Notes: generated by a model not told the origin, from the letters alone. Counted from the stretch's first letter, positions 17,800 to 29,311 are shown. The stretch: DNA of 64,000 nt from Octopus vulgaris (GCA_951406725.2 OX597821.1:82584001-82648000), one strand, 5' to 3'. Translations and numbers: made by a program.

Positions 17800-18980
17800 A
17801 GGTAGAATAAGAATAGCCTGGGCAAAGTGTAGGAAGCTTCTTCCCCTACTGGCGACAAAAGGTCTCTCGCTCAGAGTGAAAGGTAGATTGTACGACGCAT
17901 GTGAGCAAACCGCCATGCTTCACGGCAGTGAAACATGGGCTGTGACTGCGGAGGACATGCGTAGGATGGAAAGAAATGAAGCTAGTATGATCCGCTGGAT
18001 GTGTAATGTCAGTGTGCACACATGACAGAGTGTAAGCGCCCTGAGAGAAATGTTGGGCATTTGAAGCATCGGATGCAGCGTGCAGGAGAGACAATTGCAT
18101 TGGTATGGTCATGTACTATGGATAGATGAGGAGAGATGTGCGAAGAAGTGCCACTCCCAAACTGTTGAAGGAATCTGGGGTAGAGGTAGACCCAGGAAGA
18201 CATGGGACGAGGTAGTCAAGCATGACCTTTGTACGTTAGCCTCACAAGAGGCTATGACGAAAGACGGAGATCTCTGGAGATATGCTGTGACTTCGAAGAC
18301 CCGACAGATGAAGTGAGTTCATGGCTTGCAGGAGGTGGTCAAGCATGATCTTTGTGCGTCAAGCCTCACAGAGGCTATGACGAGAGACCAGACCTCTGGA
18401 GATATAATGTGACTTCAAAGACCCAACAAATGAAGTGAGTTCATGGCTTGCAGGATGGCCTGCTGCGCTTGAGGAGACCTATTGTGTCAAGTTCATCAAC
18501 ATCAAAATAAAAATCGCATGGCTATTGTAGTTGTGATACCCATGCTGGTGGGGGCCTCACAGAGGAAATGACGAAGACCAAGACACCTGAGATATGCTGT
18601 GACTGTGAAGACCCGACAAATGAAGTGAGTTCATGAATCACAGGAGGCCTGCTGTGCTAACCTTGGATCATAGAGTGATCCGCTGTTCTTGAGGAGACCT
18701 ATTGAGTCAAGTATGTTAACACCAACATCAAAATAAATATCAAATGGAAATTGTAGTTAAGACACCTGTGCCGGAGACGCGTAAAAAGCACCAACTGATC
18801 GTGGTCGTTTGCACATAAAAAACACCCACTACACTCACGGAGTGGTTGGCGTTAGGAAGGGCATCCAGCTGTAGAAACACCACCAAACTAGACTGGAGCC
18901 TGGTGCTTACCAGACCCTGGTTGAACCATCCAACCCATGCTAGCATGGAAAACGGACGTTAAATGATGATGGTGATGATG
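17800..18980 (+). mobile_element. 5'-truncated, degenerate RTE LINE copy with reiterated 3' blocks
   Basis: ORFs 17666..18025 and 18080..18316 match the LINE C-terminus (RIAWAK..LLPLL..KGRLYDAC..HGSETWAVTAEDMR); same tail and (GAT)n. Confidence 0.88.
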
Positions 18981-19010
18981 ACATATATATATACATATAT
19001 ATATATATGC

Positions 19011-19049
<39 letters not shown>

Positions 19050-19074
19050 TGTGTATATATATATATATATATAC

Positions 19075-19476
19075 AGACGTGTCCTGAACTTTGGCATCGA
19101 GAGTTACGCAAATGCCAGAACTGGGCGCCACTGCGTGGTGCCTAGGACTCCAAACTTGCCATCAAGATGTAGGACAAGATTCTGTGATAGCCTGGGCTTC
19201 CGAGGCCCACAGCTCTTCAATATTCTCCCGAAGAACCTGAGAGACCTGCATGGGGTGGATGCAGATGTCTTTAAAATGAAGCTGGATCTCTTCCTGTCAG
19301 GTGTCCCAGATGAACCAACTTCACGGCAGGTGGGGCAGATGAGGGCAGCTGCATCGAACTCTCTCATGCACCAAATGGCAGTTGCTAGAAAGCTTTCGTG
19401 AAGTGAAACCAAGTAGCAACACCAAATGGCGGTGCCCCAGCATAAGCTGAAACTAGAATCAATCAATCAATCAATC

Positions 19477-19477
<1 letters not shown>
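19075..19477 (+). mobile_element. 5'-truncated CR1-group LINE 3' end with (AATC)n tail
   Basis: RGPQLFNILPKNLRDL...FKMKLDLFLSGVPDEP...RAAASNSL resembles the C-terminus of invertebrate CR1-group ORF2; (AATC)5 tail; flanked by (TA)n. Confidence 0.7.
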
Positions 19478-19516
<39 letters not shown>

Positions 19517-19597
19517 ATATATAGATGTATATATATGTATGTATGTATGTATGATGTATATATATGTTTGTGCGTATATATATATATATACACACAC

Positions 19598-19864
19598 AAA
19601 GTTTAAATTAAATTGTTTAACGATTTACCTGTATAAGGTGTTCTATATGTATCTCCTCAGACAATACTCAGTTGCTGTCTCTGTAAGCAAAATTTAGATT
19701 TCCATGCTACAACATCCATGGCTTCTTCTTTGAGTTTCAAAGAAGCCATGGATGTTGTAGCATGGAAATCTAGATTTTGCTTACAGAGACAGCAACTGAG
19801 TATTGTCTGAGGAGATACATATAGAACATTACAGGTAATCGTTAAACAATTTAATTTAAACTTT
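19598..19864. repeat. Near-perfect palindrome of about 265 bp
   Basis: AAAGTTTAAATTAAATTGTTTAACGAT...TTTGA gtt TCAAA...ATCGTTAAACAATTTAATTTAAACTTT; arms of about 130 bp with a few indels or mismatches. Confidence 0.95.
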
Positions 19865-19923
19865 AAATCCTGTATATACGGGGATCTGTATGTATCGAAA
19901 CATCCGTAGCGATTAAAAAGCTG
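19790..19923 (+). ncRNA. Type I hammerhead ribozyme-like fold (probable Penelope-like pLTR remnant)
   Basis: CTGAGGA (19807-13); stem II GATACATATAGA/TCTGTATGTATC; GAAA (19897-900); short stem III AC-atcc-GT; GTA triplet (19906-08); stem I ATTGT/GCGAT plus CAGC/GCTG. Confidence 0.7.
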
Positions 19924-20162
19924 CCCAACCATACTTACTCTTCCTTTTGACTCTTTTACTTTTTACTTTCATACATGAGGAACACCTAAGACTAGAATTG
20001 GTAGCATACCATAAGAATACTACTGGCTATTTGGGAATTCTAAGAGTGGACGAGCTCTATTTGTACTCTTATACGTTCTTAACAGAACACACCTCAACTA
20101 TATATATATATATATATATATGGCTTATATATATATATATATGGCTTATATATATATATATG

Positions 20163-20281
20163 GCTTACGGCCATATCACGTTGAAAGCACCGGTTCTTGT
20201 CTGATCACCGAAGTTAAGCAACATCCAGCCTAGTTAGTACTTAGATGGGTGACCGCTTGGGAAACCTAGGTGCTGTAAGCA
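20163..20281 (+). rRNA. 5S rRNA-derived sequence (dispersed copy, head of a retroposed chimera)
   Basis: GCTTACGGCCATATCACGTTGAAAGCACCGG...GAAGTTAAGC (box A)...TTAGTACTTAGATGGGTGACC (IE/box C)...GGTGCTGTAAGC; 119 nt; terminal stem GCTTAC/GTAAGC. Confidence 0.88.
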
Positions 20282-20456
20282 TTTCCTTTATTACTACACT
20301 CGCGGAGTGGTTGGCGTTAGGAAGGGCAACCAGCTGTAGAAACACTGCCAGATCAGACTGGAGCCTGGGGCAGCCCCTGGCTCCCCAGACCCTGGCCGAA
20401 CCGTCCAACCCGTGCTAGCGCGGAAAACGGACGTTAAACGACGATGATGATGATGA

Positions 20457-20460
<4 letters not shown>
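20163..20460 (+). mobile_element. 5S rRNA head + RTE 3' tail chimera (SINE3-like)
   Basis: 5S is followed after about 11 nt by ACTACACTCGCGGAGTGGTTGGCGTTAGGAAGGGC...GGACGTTAAAC(GAT)n; (TA)n on both sides. Confidence 0.8.
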
Positions 20461-20497
<37 letters not shown>

Positions 20498-20611
20498 CTT
20501 GACAGGCTTCTGTATGTGTTCAGCCTGCCAATATCAGTCAAACCTAAGTTGACTGATACCTTATTAGTGGGATCCAACAGGGTGTTATATGTGATTGCAA
20601 AGTAAACATAT

Positions 20612-20990
20612 GTGTCTGTGTGGTAAGAAGTTTGCTTCCCAACCACATGATTCTGGGTTCGGTCCCACTGCATGGCTCCTTGGGGCAAGTGTACTCTATT
20701 ATAGTCTCAGGCCAACCAAATCCTTGTGAGAGGGTTTAGTAAACAGAAACCCACATATATATATGTGCATGTCTTTGTGTCAGTGTTTCTCCCTCACCAC
20801 CATTTGAGCCGAACTAGTGTTGGCGTGTTTATGTCCCTGTAACTCAGAAGCTCATCAAACAAAACTGATGTAATAATAAGCACCAGATTTTAAAAAAAAA
20901 AGTACTGAGGTCAATTTGTTTCACTAAAATTCCTCAAGGCAGTGCCCCAGCATGGCTGTAGTCTAACAACTGAAACAAGTGATAGAAGAT
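20612..20990 (+). mobile_element. SINE family A
   Basis: GTGTGGTAAGAAGTTTGCTTCCCAACCACATG..GGGTTCGGTCCCACTG head; CCCCAGCATGGC...ACTGAAACAAGT tail. Confidence 0.75.
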
Positions 20991-21314
20991 ACGATACAAA
21001 TGTTATATAAACATTGTGGTAAGAGTGATCTATGGCTCAAGACCAGAAGAGCTCAGAACAAGAACAATTAAAATAACTGAGAGAGAGAGAGAGTGAGAGA
21101 GAGAAGCTGATAGGGAAATGACACCGTAACATGCACCGAAGTTGTTAGCATGAAAATCATCAAGGAAATAAATTCTTTCAAATGCTTCGAAGGCCCTCTA
21201 GTGATAGCTGATAGCTTCTTTTTCCTAGGTGACCTCCTAATTTGCAGTGGAAATAAATGTTCTAAGAGTGTAGCCAGAGTGAGAAACGAATAGAAAATGT
21301 CTAGAGAACTACTA

Positions 21315-21650
21315 GCAGGAGAGGCTGTGTGTCAAGTAGCTTGCTTACGAACCACATGGTTCCGGGTTCAGTCCCACTGCGTGGCATCTACGGGCAAGTG
21401 TCTTCTACTATAGCTTCAGACCGACCAAAGCCTTGTGAGTGGATTTGGTAGATGGAAACTGAAAGAAGCATGTCGTATATATGTATGTGTGTGTTTGTCC
21501 CCCAACATCACTTGACAACCGATGCTGGTGTGTTTACTTAGCGATTCGGCAAAAGAGACCGATAGAATAAGTACTAGGCTTACAAAGAATAAGTCCTGGG
21601 GTCGATTTGAAACAAGTAAATGACTGAAACAAGTAAAAGGGTAAAGAGTA
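21315..21650 (+). mobile_element. SINE family A
   Basis: Same head, core and tail as the 37937 copy. Confidence 0.8.
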
Positions 21651-22024
21651 ATGTACCTAAATTAGAAAATATTGAGGCAGAAAGAGGGTGGAACGGTTAG
21701 AGGATCAGATAAAATGCTCAATGAAATTCATTCAATTTTTTTTTTACATTCTGAATTTAAATTATGCCAAAGTCAACTTTGTCTTTCATGCAAAGACTAC
21801 TCTGTCAAATGTATTGCTTCTTTTTTTCATAGTTTTGGGTTAATCATGCATTATCTTCCCACTTCAAGATTTTGACAATGTGATTATTTATTTTTACATT
21901 GACATTGCAGAGTAGGATTGAGAGGCCAGATCTGGTCAGTTTGAATATAAAGCCAGTAGAATATTTTGGCTGGATATGGCAGGTTTAAATGCTGTAGGGC
22001 CAATACTATGAGGACAATCTTTTA

Positions 22025-22438
22025 TTTCCTATTTGTTTCAATTATTGGGCTGCAGCCATGCTAGAGCACCACCTGGAATGGGATTTTGTAGATTAATTTG
22101 ACTAGAGTACTAGTTTGGTTTTTTTAAAGTTTGGTACTTGTTTTATTCGTCACTTTTGCCAAAAGTTATAAGGACATAAACAAACCAATACTGGATGCCA
22201 GGCAGTGGGAGAGACGGACACAAATAAAAAAACACACACATATAGATACACACACATGAATATATGTCACTCTCTCTCTCTCTCTACACACACACACACT
22301 GGGCTGCTTTCATTTTACCAAATCCCACCACAATGCTTTGGTCAGCCTGGGACTATAGAAGAGATGTACCCAGTGTGCCATTCAGTTGGACTGAACTTGA
22401 AACTATGTGGTTGGGAAGCGAACTTCTTACCACACAGC
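22025..22438 (-). mobile_element. SINE family A, diverged
   Basis: Reverse-orientation head (CTTACCACACAGC) and tail (TTGTTTCA...GCCATGCTAGAGCACC). Confidence 0.65.
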
Positions 22439-25010
22439 TATGACATGTTGGACGAAATGCTTAGCAGCATTTCATCCATTTTTATGTTCTGAGTACAGAT
22501 TCTGCCATGGTTGACTTTCCATCATGTCAGGGCCAATGGAATAAGTACCGGTTAAGCACTGGGGTAATAGACCACCCACTCCCCCCCAAATTTCAGGCCT
22601 TGGAGAAAGGATTACGACAACTACTACTACTACTGCTACTGTTACTACTACTAATGCTGCTACTGCTACTACTACTACTACTGCTACGAGTAGATGATAT
22701 AAACTAAAACTTCTCTCCTCAAATAGCTGGCCTTGTGTCTAAATCACCATCATCATTAATAATACACTATTTTGTAGCTGAAAATAATTTTGGTTTAAAT
22801 GCGACCTAAAATCCATGGAGAATGTAAACTCTTCTTCATTCTACTGGTTAGGATGACCTAGAAAGGGAGGGAAAGGTGACCCAATAGTCAATATGACCTG
22901 ACAGTCAGCAGTTTGGGGAAGATGTGAGTGTGCTGGATGTGGGACAAGGCTTTCCTTTCCATTCAAGCATCCAGCTCCCTTCTCTCCCTTCCCTCTCAGT
23001 GTACTTCTGCAGGATTGGAAAGATAAAAAAAAAAATGTGATGCGTGGGAGGGAGGAAGTTGAGGATGAGGGGGGAAATGGATGGGGGTAGGAGGAAAAGA
23101 AGGGTAAGAGAATAAGGAAAGGGAGGAGAGAGAAATATCCTACTTAAATTCACTTACAATAGGAAAGAGTCTTTTTTTTTTTAGAAGGAAAGGATGTAGT
23201 TTTGAGTGAATTTGTTTCCCTTCTTTTTTTGAACATCTACTAACAATGTTTCATGAAGAAAAGAAAAGGAGGGAAGTACCACAAAGAAAAAAGTACAGAG
23301 AGGAAGATATATGTTCAGTCATTTATAGTTCTCTGCTATTTTCTCCTTTCAACTACATATATCAAATTAACATGTAATTAACTTTAAAATACCAATAATA
23401 ATGATTTCTAACATAGCCATGAGATCTCAAATTTTTGGACGGGTGGGGGGGAGGTAGTCGATTACAATCAACTAAGTGCTTGTCTAGTACATGTAATATG
23501 TATTTCATCAACTCTAGAACGATGAAAGCCAGAGTCGGCCTTGCAGGGATTTTAGCACTGAATGTATGAAGTGACGTAATTAAATATAACGAGGAATTTT
23601 GTCTGCTTCTCTGCTGATTCTGCCAACCTCAGTAACGATGATTCTTACTACTATAGGCACAAGGCCTGATATTAAGGTGGGGGAAGTTACACTGACCCCC
23701 TCTCCCCCCCTGCTTAGCTAGTACTTATTTCATTGACCCCAAAGGGATGAAAGCAGAGTCAACCCCAGCAAAATTTGAACTCAGAATGTAAAGTATTTTG
23801 TCTAGCATGCTAATGATTCTGCAGTTCACTGCTATGATAATAATAATAATAATAATAATCCATTTTGTAGGCACAAGAGCTGAAAGAGAGAGAGAGAGAG
23901 ATAGTGTGTGTGTGTGTCTCTCTAAGTTAAATCATTCTTTAAAAGTAAAACTCTGTAATTATTTGAACAATATAAATGAAGCTTAGTGCAGCATTTAAAC
24001 CATTTTTACTTATGTTTCCAAGTTCATATATGTTTAAAGCTGGCTTTAACTGTACAAATATAGTTTTAACAAAACTGAAAAACAAACTGGAAGAGTGTTT
24101 TGAAGAGTGTTATGACTTCTGTCTAAAATTCACTCCAATTAAATATCAATGACCATGCTAACGAATATGTAACACACCCTTCTCATTAAACTTTCTGTGA
24201 CTATATTTCTGTTAAAATACACTGCCTTTGATCCAGTTAATTTTCAAAATCAAGAAAAAGTTTTAATAATTTATGATTTATTAAGTTGGTGTTTAGAGCA
24301 CAAATTTGCCTGAAATTATAATGAAAGGTTTTGATTTAGACCACTTTAAAACACAAAAAATTTGTACCACAGAGAGAGGAAGTCTCAAGTAGGTTGGTAT
24401 CAAAGAGGGTTAATGATGTTAATTTAATAGAAAAAAAAAGTACTTTAATTCATAATTAATGACAACAGAAGCAGTATTAACATCAAATGGTAATATTTAT
24501 CCCCACTTAAAAGTGGATGTTGTGTTAGAATGCAGACTAATGCAGTAATTACCATAAAAGAACCTCTCATATCGACTTGTGTTGCATATAAGCACTCTTA
24601 CTTATCTCCCACTAGTGCAGGGGTGGGAAAACCCCCGCCCACGGATGCAATTGTGCCTGCAAGCCCATTTTATTTCGTCTACAGGCTGATATACTTGTAT
24701 GTACAAAATATGATAAATTTTTAATTACACAATTTATACAATATTCATATGCCTATTTGCAACATAGGTGACATTTCCATTATGGCTAAAATGGTTAGAC
24801 TCGAACAGAAATCGTCCGGTAATTGCCATTTGAATGGAAATTTTGTTTATACTACAAAACACATATTGCTAGGTTTGTACCACCCCCTTGAGAACCAATT
24901 ACATTAGCTAAAAAATATAGAAAACCTCATAAGCGATATAAACGTCCTAAATTTAGTGGCAGCATTAATTCAAAATCTTTTTTACTGTAAATCAGATTAT
25001 ACATAGATAT

Positions 25011-25388
25011 CCTTTTACTCTTTTACTTGTTTCAGTCATTCGACTGTGGCCATGCTGGAGCACTGCCTTTAGTCGAGCAAATCGACCCCAGGACTTATTC
25101 TTTTTAAGCCTAGTACTTATTCTATCTGTCTCTTTTGCTGAACCGTTAAGTTACAGGGACATAAACACACCACCATCGGTTGTCAAGCAATGTTGGGGAA
25201 CAAACACACACACACACACACATATAAATGACGTGCTTCTTTCAATTTCGGTCTACCAAATCCACTCACAAGACTTTGGTCAGCCCGAGGCTATAGAAAA
25301 GGATACTTGCCCGAGGTGCCACACAGTGGGACTGCACCCGGAACCATGTGGTCGGTAAGCAAACTACTTACCACACAGCCACTCCTAC
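25011..25388 (-). mobile_element. SINE family A
   Basis: Near-identical to the 3177 copy. Confidence 0.85.
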
Positions 25389-26932
25389 ACTTGGCTACTT
25401 ATCACACAGATATATACAAGATCCACAGAGATTATAAGAGTTAGAACTTGTGATCCAACCACGGACCGTTTTCTTAGTAAATTTTTGCCCTCCACACAAA
25501 AAAGTTTCCCCACCCCTGCAGCAGTGATATAAACAAGAAAGCTTAAATGCACCACAAGTTCATAAGAGAAGTTCTCTTATGGTAACTATTGCAATATTCT
25601 CATTAACATGTTGAATATCACCCATATAACACATGTGTATTTTCTTTCATTATTATCAATACCAGTCAGTACTGGGAGTCAATGCAATCACTAACCTCTT
25701 TACCCATAATTTGCTGGATTACTATTAGCACACTGACATAATTGTTAGAACACTGCATTTTTTTTTTGTCTTTTTACATTCTGAGTTCAAATGCTGCCAA
25801 AGCTGACTCAGCTTGTCATCTTTTTTGGAGGTCAATAAAATAAGGACTAGTTAAACATTGGGGGGTGGGGGGTGGAGTCAATGTAATCAATTTCCCCTTC
25901 CCCTCAAAATTTCTGGCCTTGTGCCGAAATGAGAAAAAATTATCATTATTGATACTTAGAGTCAATGAAGAATCAAGGATTCCTATTTATTTAATGCCCA
26001 CAAGGGGCTAAACATAGAGAGGACAAACAAGGACATTAAGTCGATTAGATCGACCCCAGTGCGTAACTGGTACTTAATTTATCGACCCCAAAAGGATGAA
26101 AGGCAAAGTCAACCTCGGTGGAATTTGAACTCAGAATGTAATGGCAGACGAAATACTGCTAAGCATTTCGCCTGGTGTGCTAATGTTTCTGCCAGCTCGC
26201 CACCTTAAAAGAAGAATCAAGGATTCAATGACCGGGTTGATCATCAAAAAAAGTTGGGTAAGTCCTAAACAAAAGCACAACTCTAACGCTTTCCTTCTAG
26301 CAGATACTGAAAAAAGAAAAAAAAAAAGAACTCTAAAAGCTCAAACAATACACCTAAATTAACTTAGGTCTGAAAGAATCACGGCAATCACCAATATTTG
26401 TAACTACTCTTACTAATGCCATTATGGCAAATTCCCAGAAATCCAGTGATATTACAAACACATAATACTTCCACCTCTCCAAATCACAGCATGCATTTAG
26501 ACCATTACAACCACCATAATATAGGAGACTAGAGGGCTTCAACAACAACAACAAAGTTTTCTACATTTTACCATTGTCAGCAAAGTTTTCAATTTCAATT
26601 CCCCGCCTCCAAACCACTTATACAAAATATACTGAGTACCACAAGTCAAATTTCAGTGTCCAAGAACCTTTCCAAAATTTGCTGGTAGCTAAACAGAGTG
26701 CTGCAGTAGCATTTTTAGTTCATCTCCGGCAAGCCACAAAGTTGAAAAAATTGAGAACCACTACTCTAGAGGATATCACATGATTTGGCACAAAACTGAA
26801 TAAGCTCAATCGCATACAATAATTTTACTACCCCATCTCATCTGTTAGACCAAACTACATTCAGTCCACTTCACATTTGGATCCTCCACATTTCCACTCA
26901 ATAATCAACAACTGAAAATTAACTAAATTATA

Positions 26933-27094
26933 GGCGTAGGAGTGGCTATGTGGTATGTAGTTTCCTTACGAACTACATGGTTCTGGGTTCAGTCCCACTG
27001 CGTGGCACTTTGGTCAAGTGTCTTCTACTATAGCCTCAGGCCAACCAAAGCCTTGTGAGTGGACTTGGTTGATGGAAACTGAAAGAAGCCCGTC

Positions 27095-27162
<68 letters not shown>

Positions 27163-27381
27163 ATGTATATGTTTGTGTGTCTGTGTTTGTCCCTGCAACA
27201 TCGCATCGCTTGACAATCAATGCTGGTGTGTTTACGTTCCCATAACTTAGTGGTTCGGCAAAAGAGACTGATAGAATAAGTACTAGGCTTACAGAGAATA
27301 AGTCCTGGGGTCGATCTGCTCAACTAAAAGGCAGTGCTCCAGTATGGCTACAGTCAAATGACTGATACAAGTAAAAGAGTA
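26933..27381 (+). mobile_element. SINE family A
   Basis: GGCGTAGGAGTGGCTATGTGGTA...GGGTTCAGTCCCACTGCGTGGCA...ACAAGTAAAAGAGT. Confidence 0.85.
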
Positions 27382-27903
27382 CATCAACCCCACACAGCTT
27401 GTTCTTACCTTATAATTTACAAGGCCTAAAAGAACTTTGAGCGCAGGATCTCTTCATTAGATTAACAAAATACATACATACATGAATTCAGACACTATGC
27501 ACACACAATTACAACTACATAAAATTGTCACACAAGGATACATGCGACATACACATGACTACATAAATTGCAACACATGAATATATACACAAGTATTCAT
27601 GCATACACACATGAATTCTTGCACATAAATACATACATGTAATCAGAAAAACACATTCACATATAAATGTAGACATAGTTATGCACATACACACAGACAT
27701 GTACTTAGACAACACACACACAAATACATACTCCTTTACTTGTTTCAGTCATTTGACTGTGGCCATGCTGGAGCACCACCTTTAAGAGCATTTTAGTCAA
27801 AGAAATCGACTTTTGCTAAACCACTAAGTTACGGGGACATAAACACACCAGCATCAGTTGTCAAGTGATGACGGGCGGGGAATGCAGACACAAAGACACA
27901 CTC

Positions 27904-27940
<37 letters not shown>

Positions 27941-28134
27941 ATATATTAATAAATAAAACATATGCATATATATAAACATATATGTACGTACCTACCTCTA
28001 CATGTACATATACACGCATATATGAGTACAGGACACCAAAGGGACGTCGAACACAAAGAGAAACAAAAACATAGACACAAACCAAAGGAACTGGACATTT
28101 TTTTAAAAACAACAAAAAAATGGAATATATATAT

Positions 28135-28515
28135 ATATGGTAAAAAGTAAAAAGAAAACAAAGAAAATGCACATTAGATATAAAAAATAATGTCTTTTTT
28201 TATGAAAAGTAAAGATATATACAAACAATTGATTTGAGGTGAAATTATGAGGTATAAAAGTCATTATTATGAATCATTACAGAGATTCAAAATCATACCG
28301 GTATTGTCAGAAGCTGATCACTAACTTTGTGATCAGCTTCTGGTGATACTGGTATGACTTTGAATCTCTGTAATGATTCATAATAATGACTTTTATACCT
28401 CATAATTTCACTTCAAACCATCTAATTGTATGTATATATCTTTACTTTTCATAAAAAAGCCTTTATTTTTTTTATCTAATGTGCATATCATATTCTTTTT
28501 ACTTTTACCCTATTT
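28135..28515. repeat. Imperfect inverted repeat (hairpin) of about 380 bp
   Basis: Centre CAGAAGCTGATCAC-taacttt-GTGATCAGCTTCTG at about 28325; arms pair out through ATGCACATTAGATA/TATCTAATGTGCAT. Confidence 0.92.
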
Positions 28516-29311
28516 ATACCATGTGTATGTAGTCTTTTTTTCTTTGAAACCTATTTCTATTATATATATATATATATATATATATCTATATCACCGTGAC
28601 CGACCAGGCTATCAGATGTTGCTACACATCACTGGTCACAATGCGCTTTGCATTGTTTTAGTCTTCAAATGACACCACCCCTCTGGCTAAGCGAGCAGGC
28701 CAATATATATATATATATATAACGGGAAGCTTTATGAAAATAAACAAAAGACGAAGGCAGGTGGAATACAAACAAACAATTGTATTAGTATGGCGCTCAG
28801 GAATATAAATAAAACAAGTCTTTTACGTTTCGAGCCTACACTCTTCAACAGAAAGATACACAGAAAAGAAACACGGAGAGAAACAAGGAGAGAAAAAAAA
28901 TGCGTGCAGAAGCTAGCGAATCAACATACATATGAGAAGAAAATGGATATAATAACAATGGGAAACTCATGGTTTATGCTGGCATGTCTTTAATTAAAAA
29001 GGTAGCAAAGAAGTAAGAAGCAGAGATGAGGGTGGCATATATATACATATATACACACAACGGGCTTCTTTCAGTTTCCATCTCCCAAATGCACTCGCAA
29101 GGCTTTGGTCAGCCTGAGGCTATAGTAGAAGGCACTTGCTCAAGGTGCCACGCAGAGGGACTGAACCTAGAACCATGTGGTAGGGAAGCAAGGTTCCTAC
29201 AACACACCCATGCCTGTGCCTACATATATGTATTCATGCCCACATGTACATATAGATATAAACATGGATTCAAATACACAAACACACACAACTGGAAAAA
29301 CAAAAACTGAC

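Noticed and set aside
17745-17805. Possible permuted hammerhead (GAAAC...CTAATGA, minus strand)
   Set aside because: The core is mutated, there is no clear cleavage triplet, and one stem overlaps the adjacent RTE fragment.
20163-20281. Functional 5S rDNA array unit
   Set aside because: Single dispersed copy, no T4 terminator, no upstream spacer, fused to a LINE tail.
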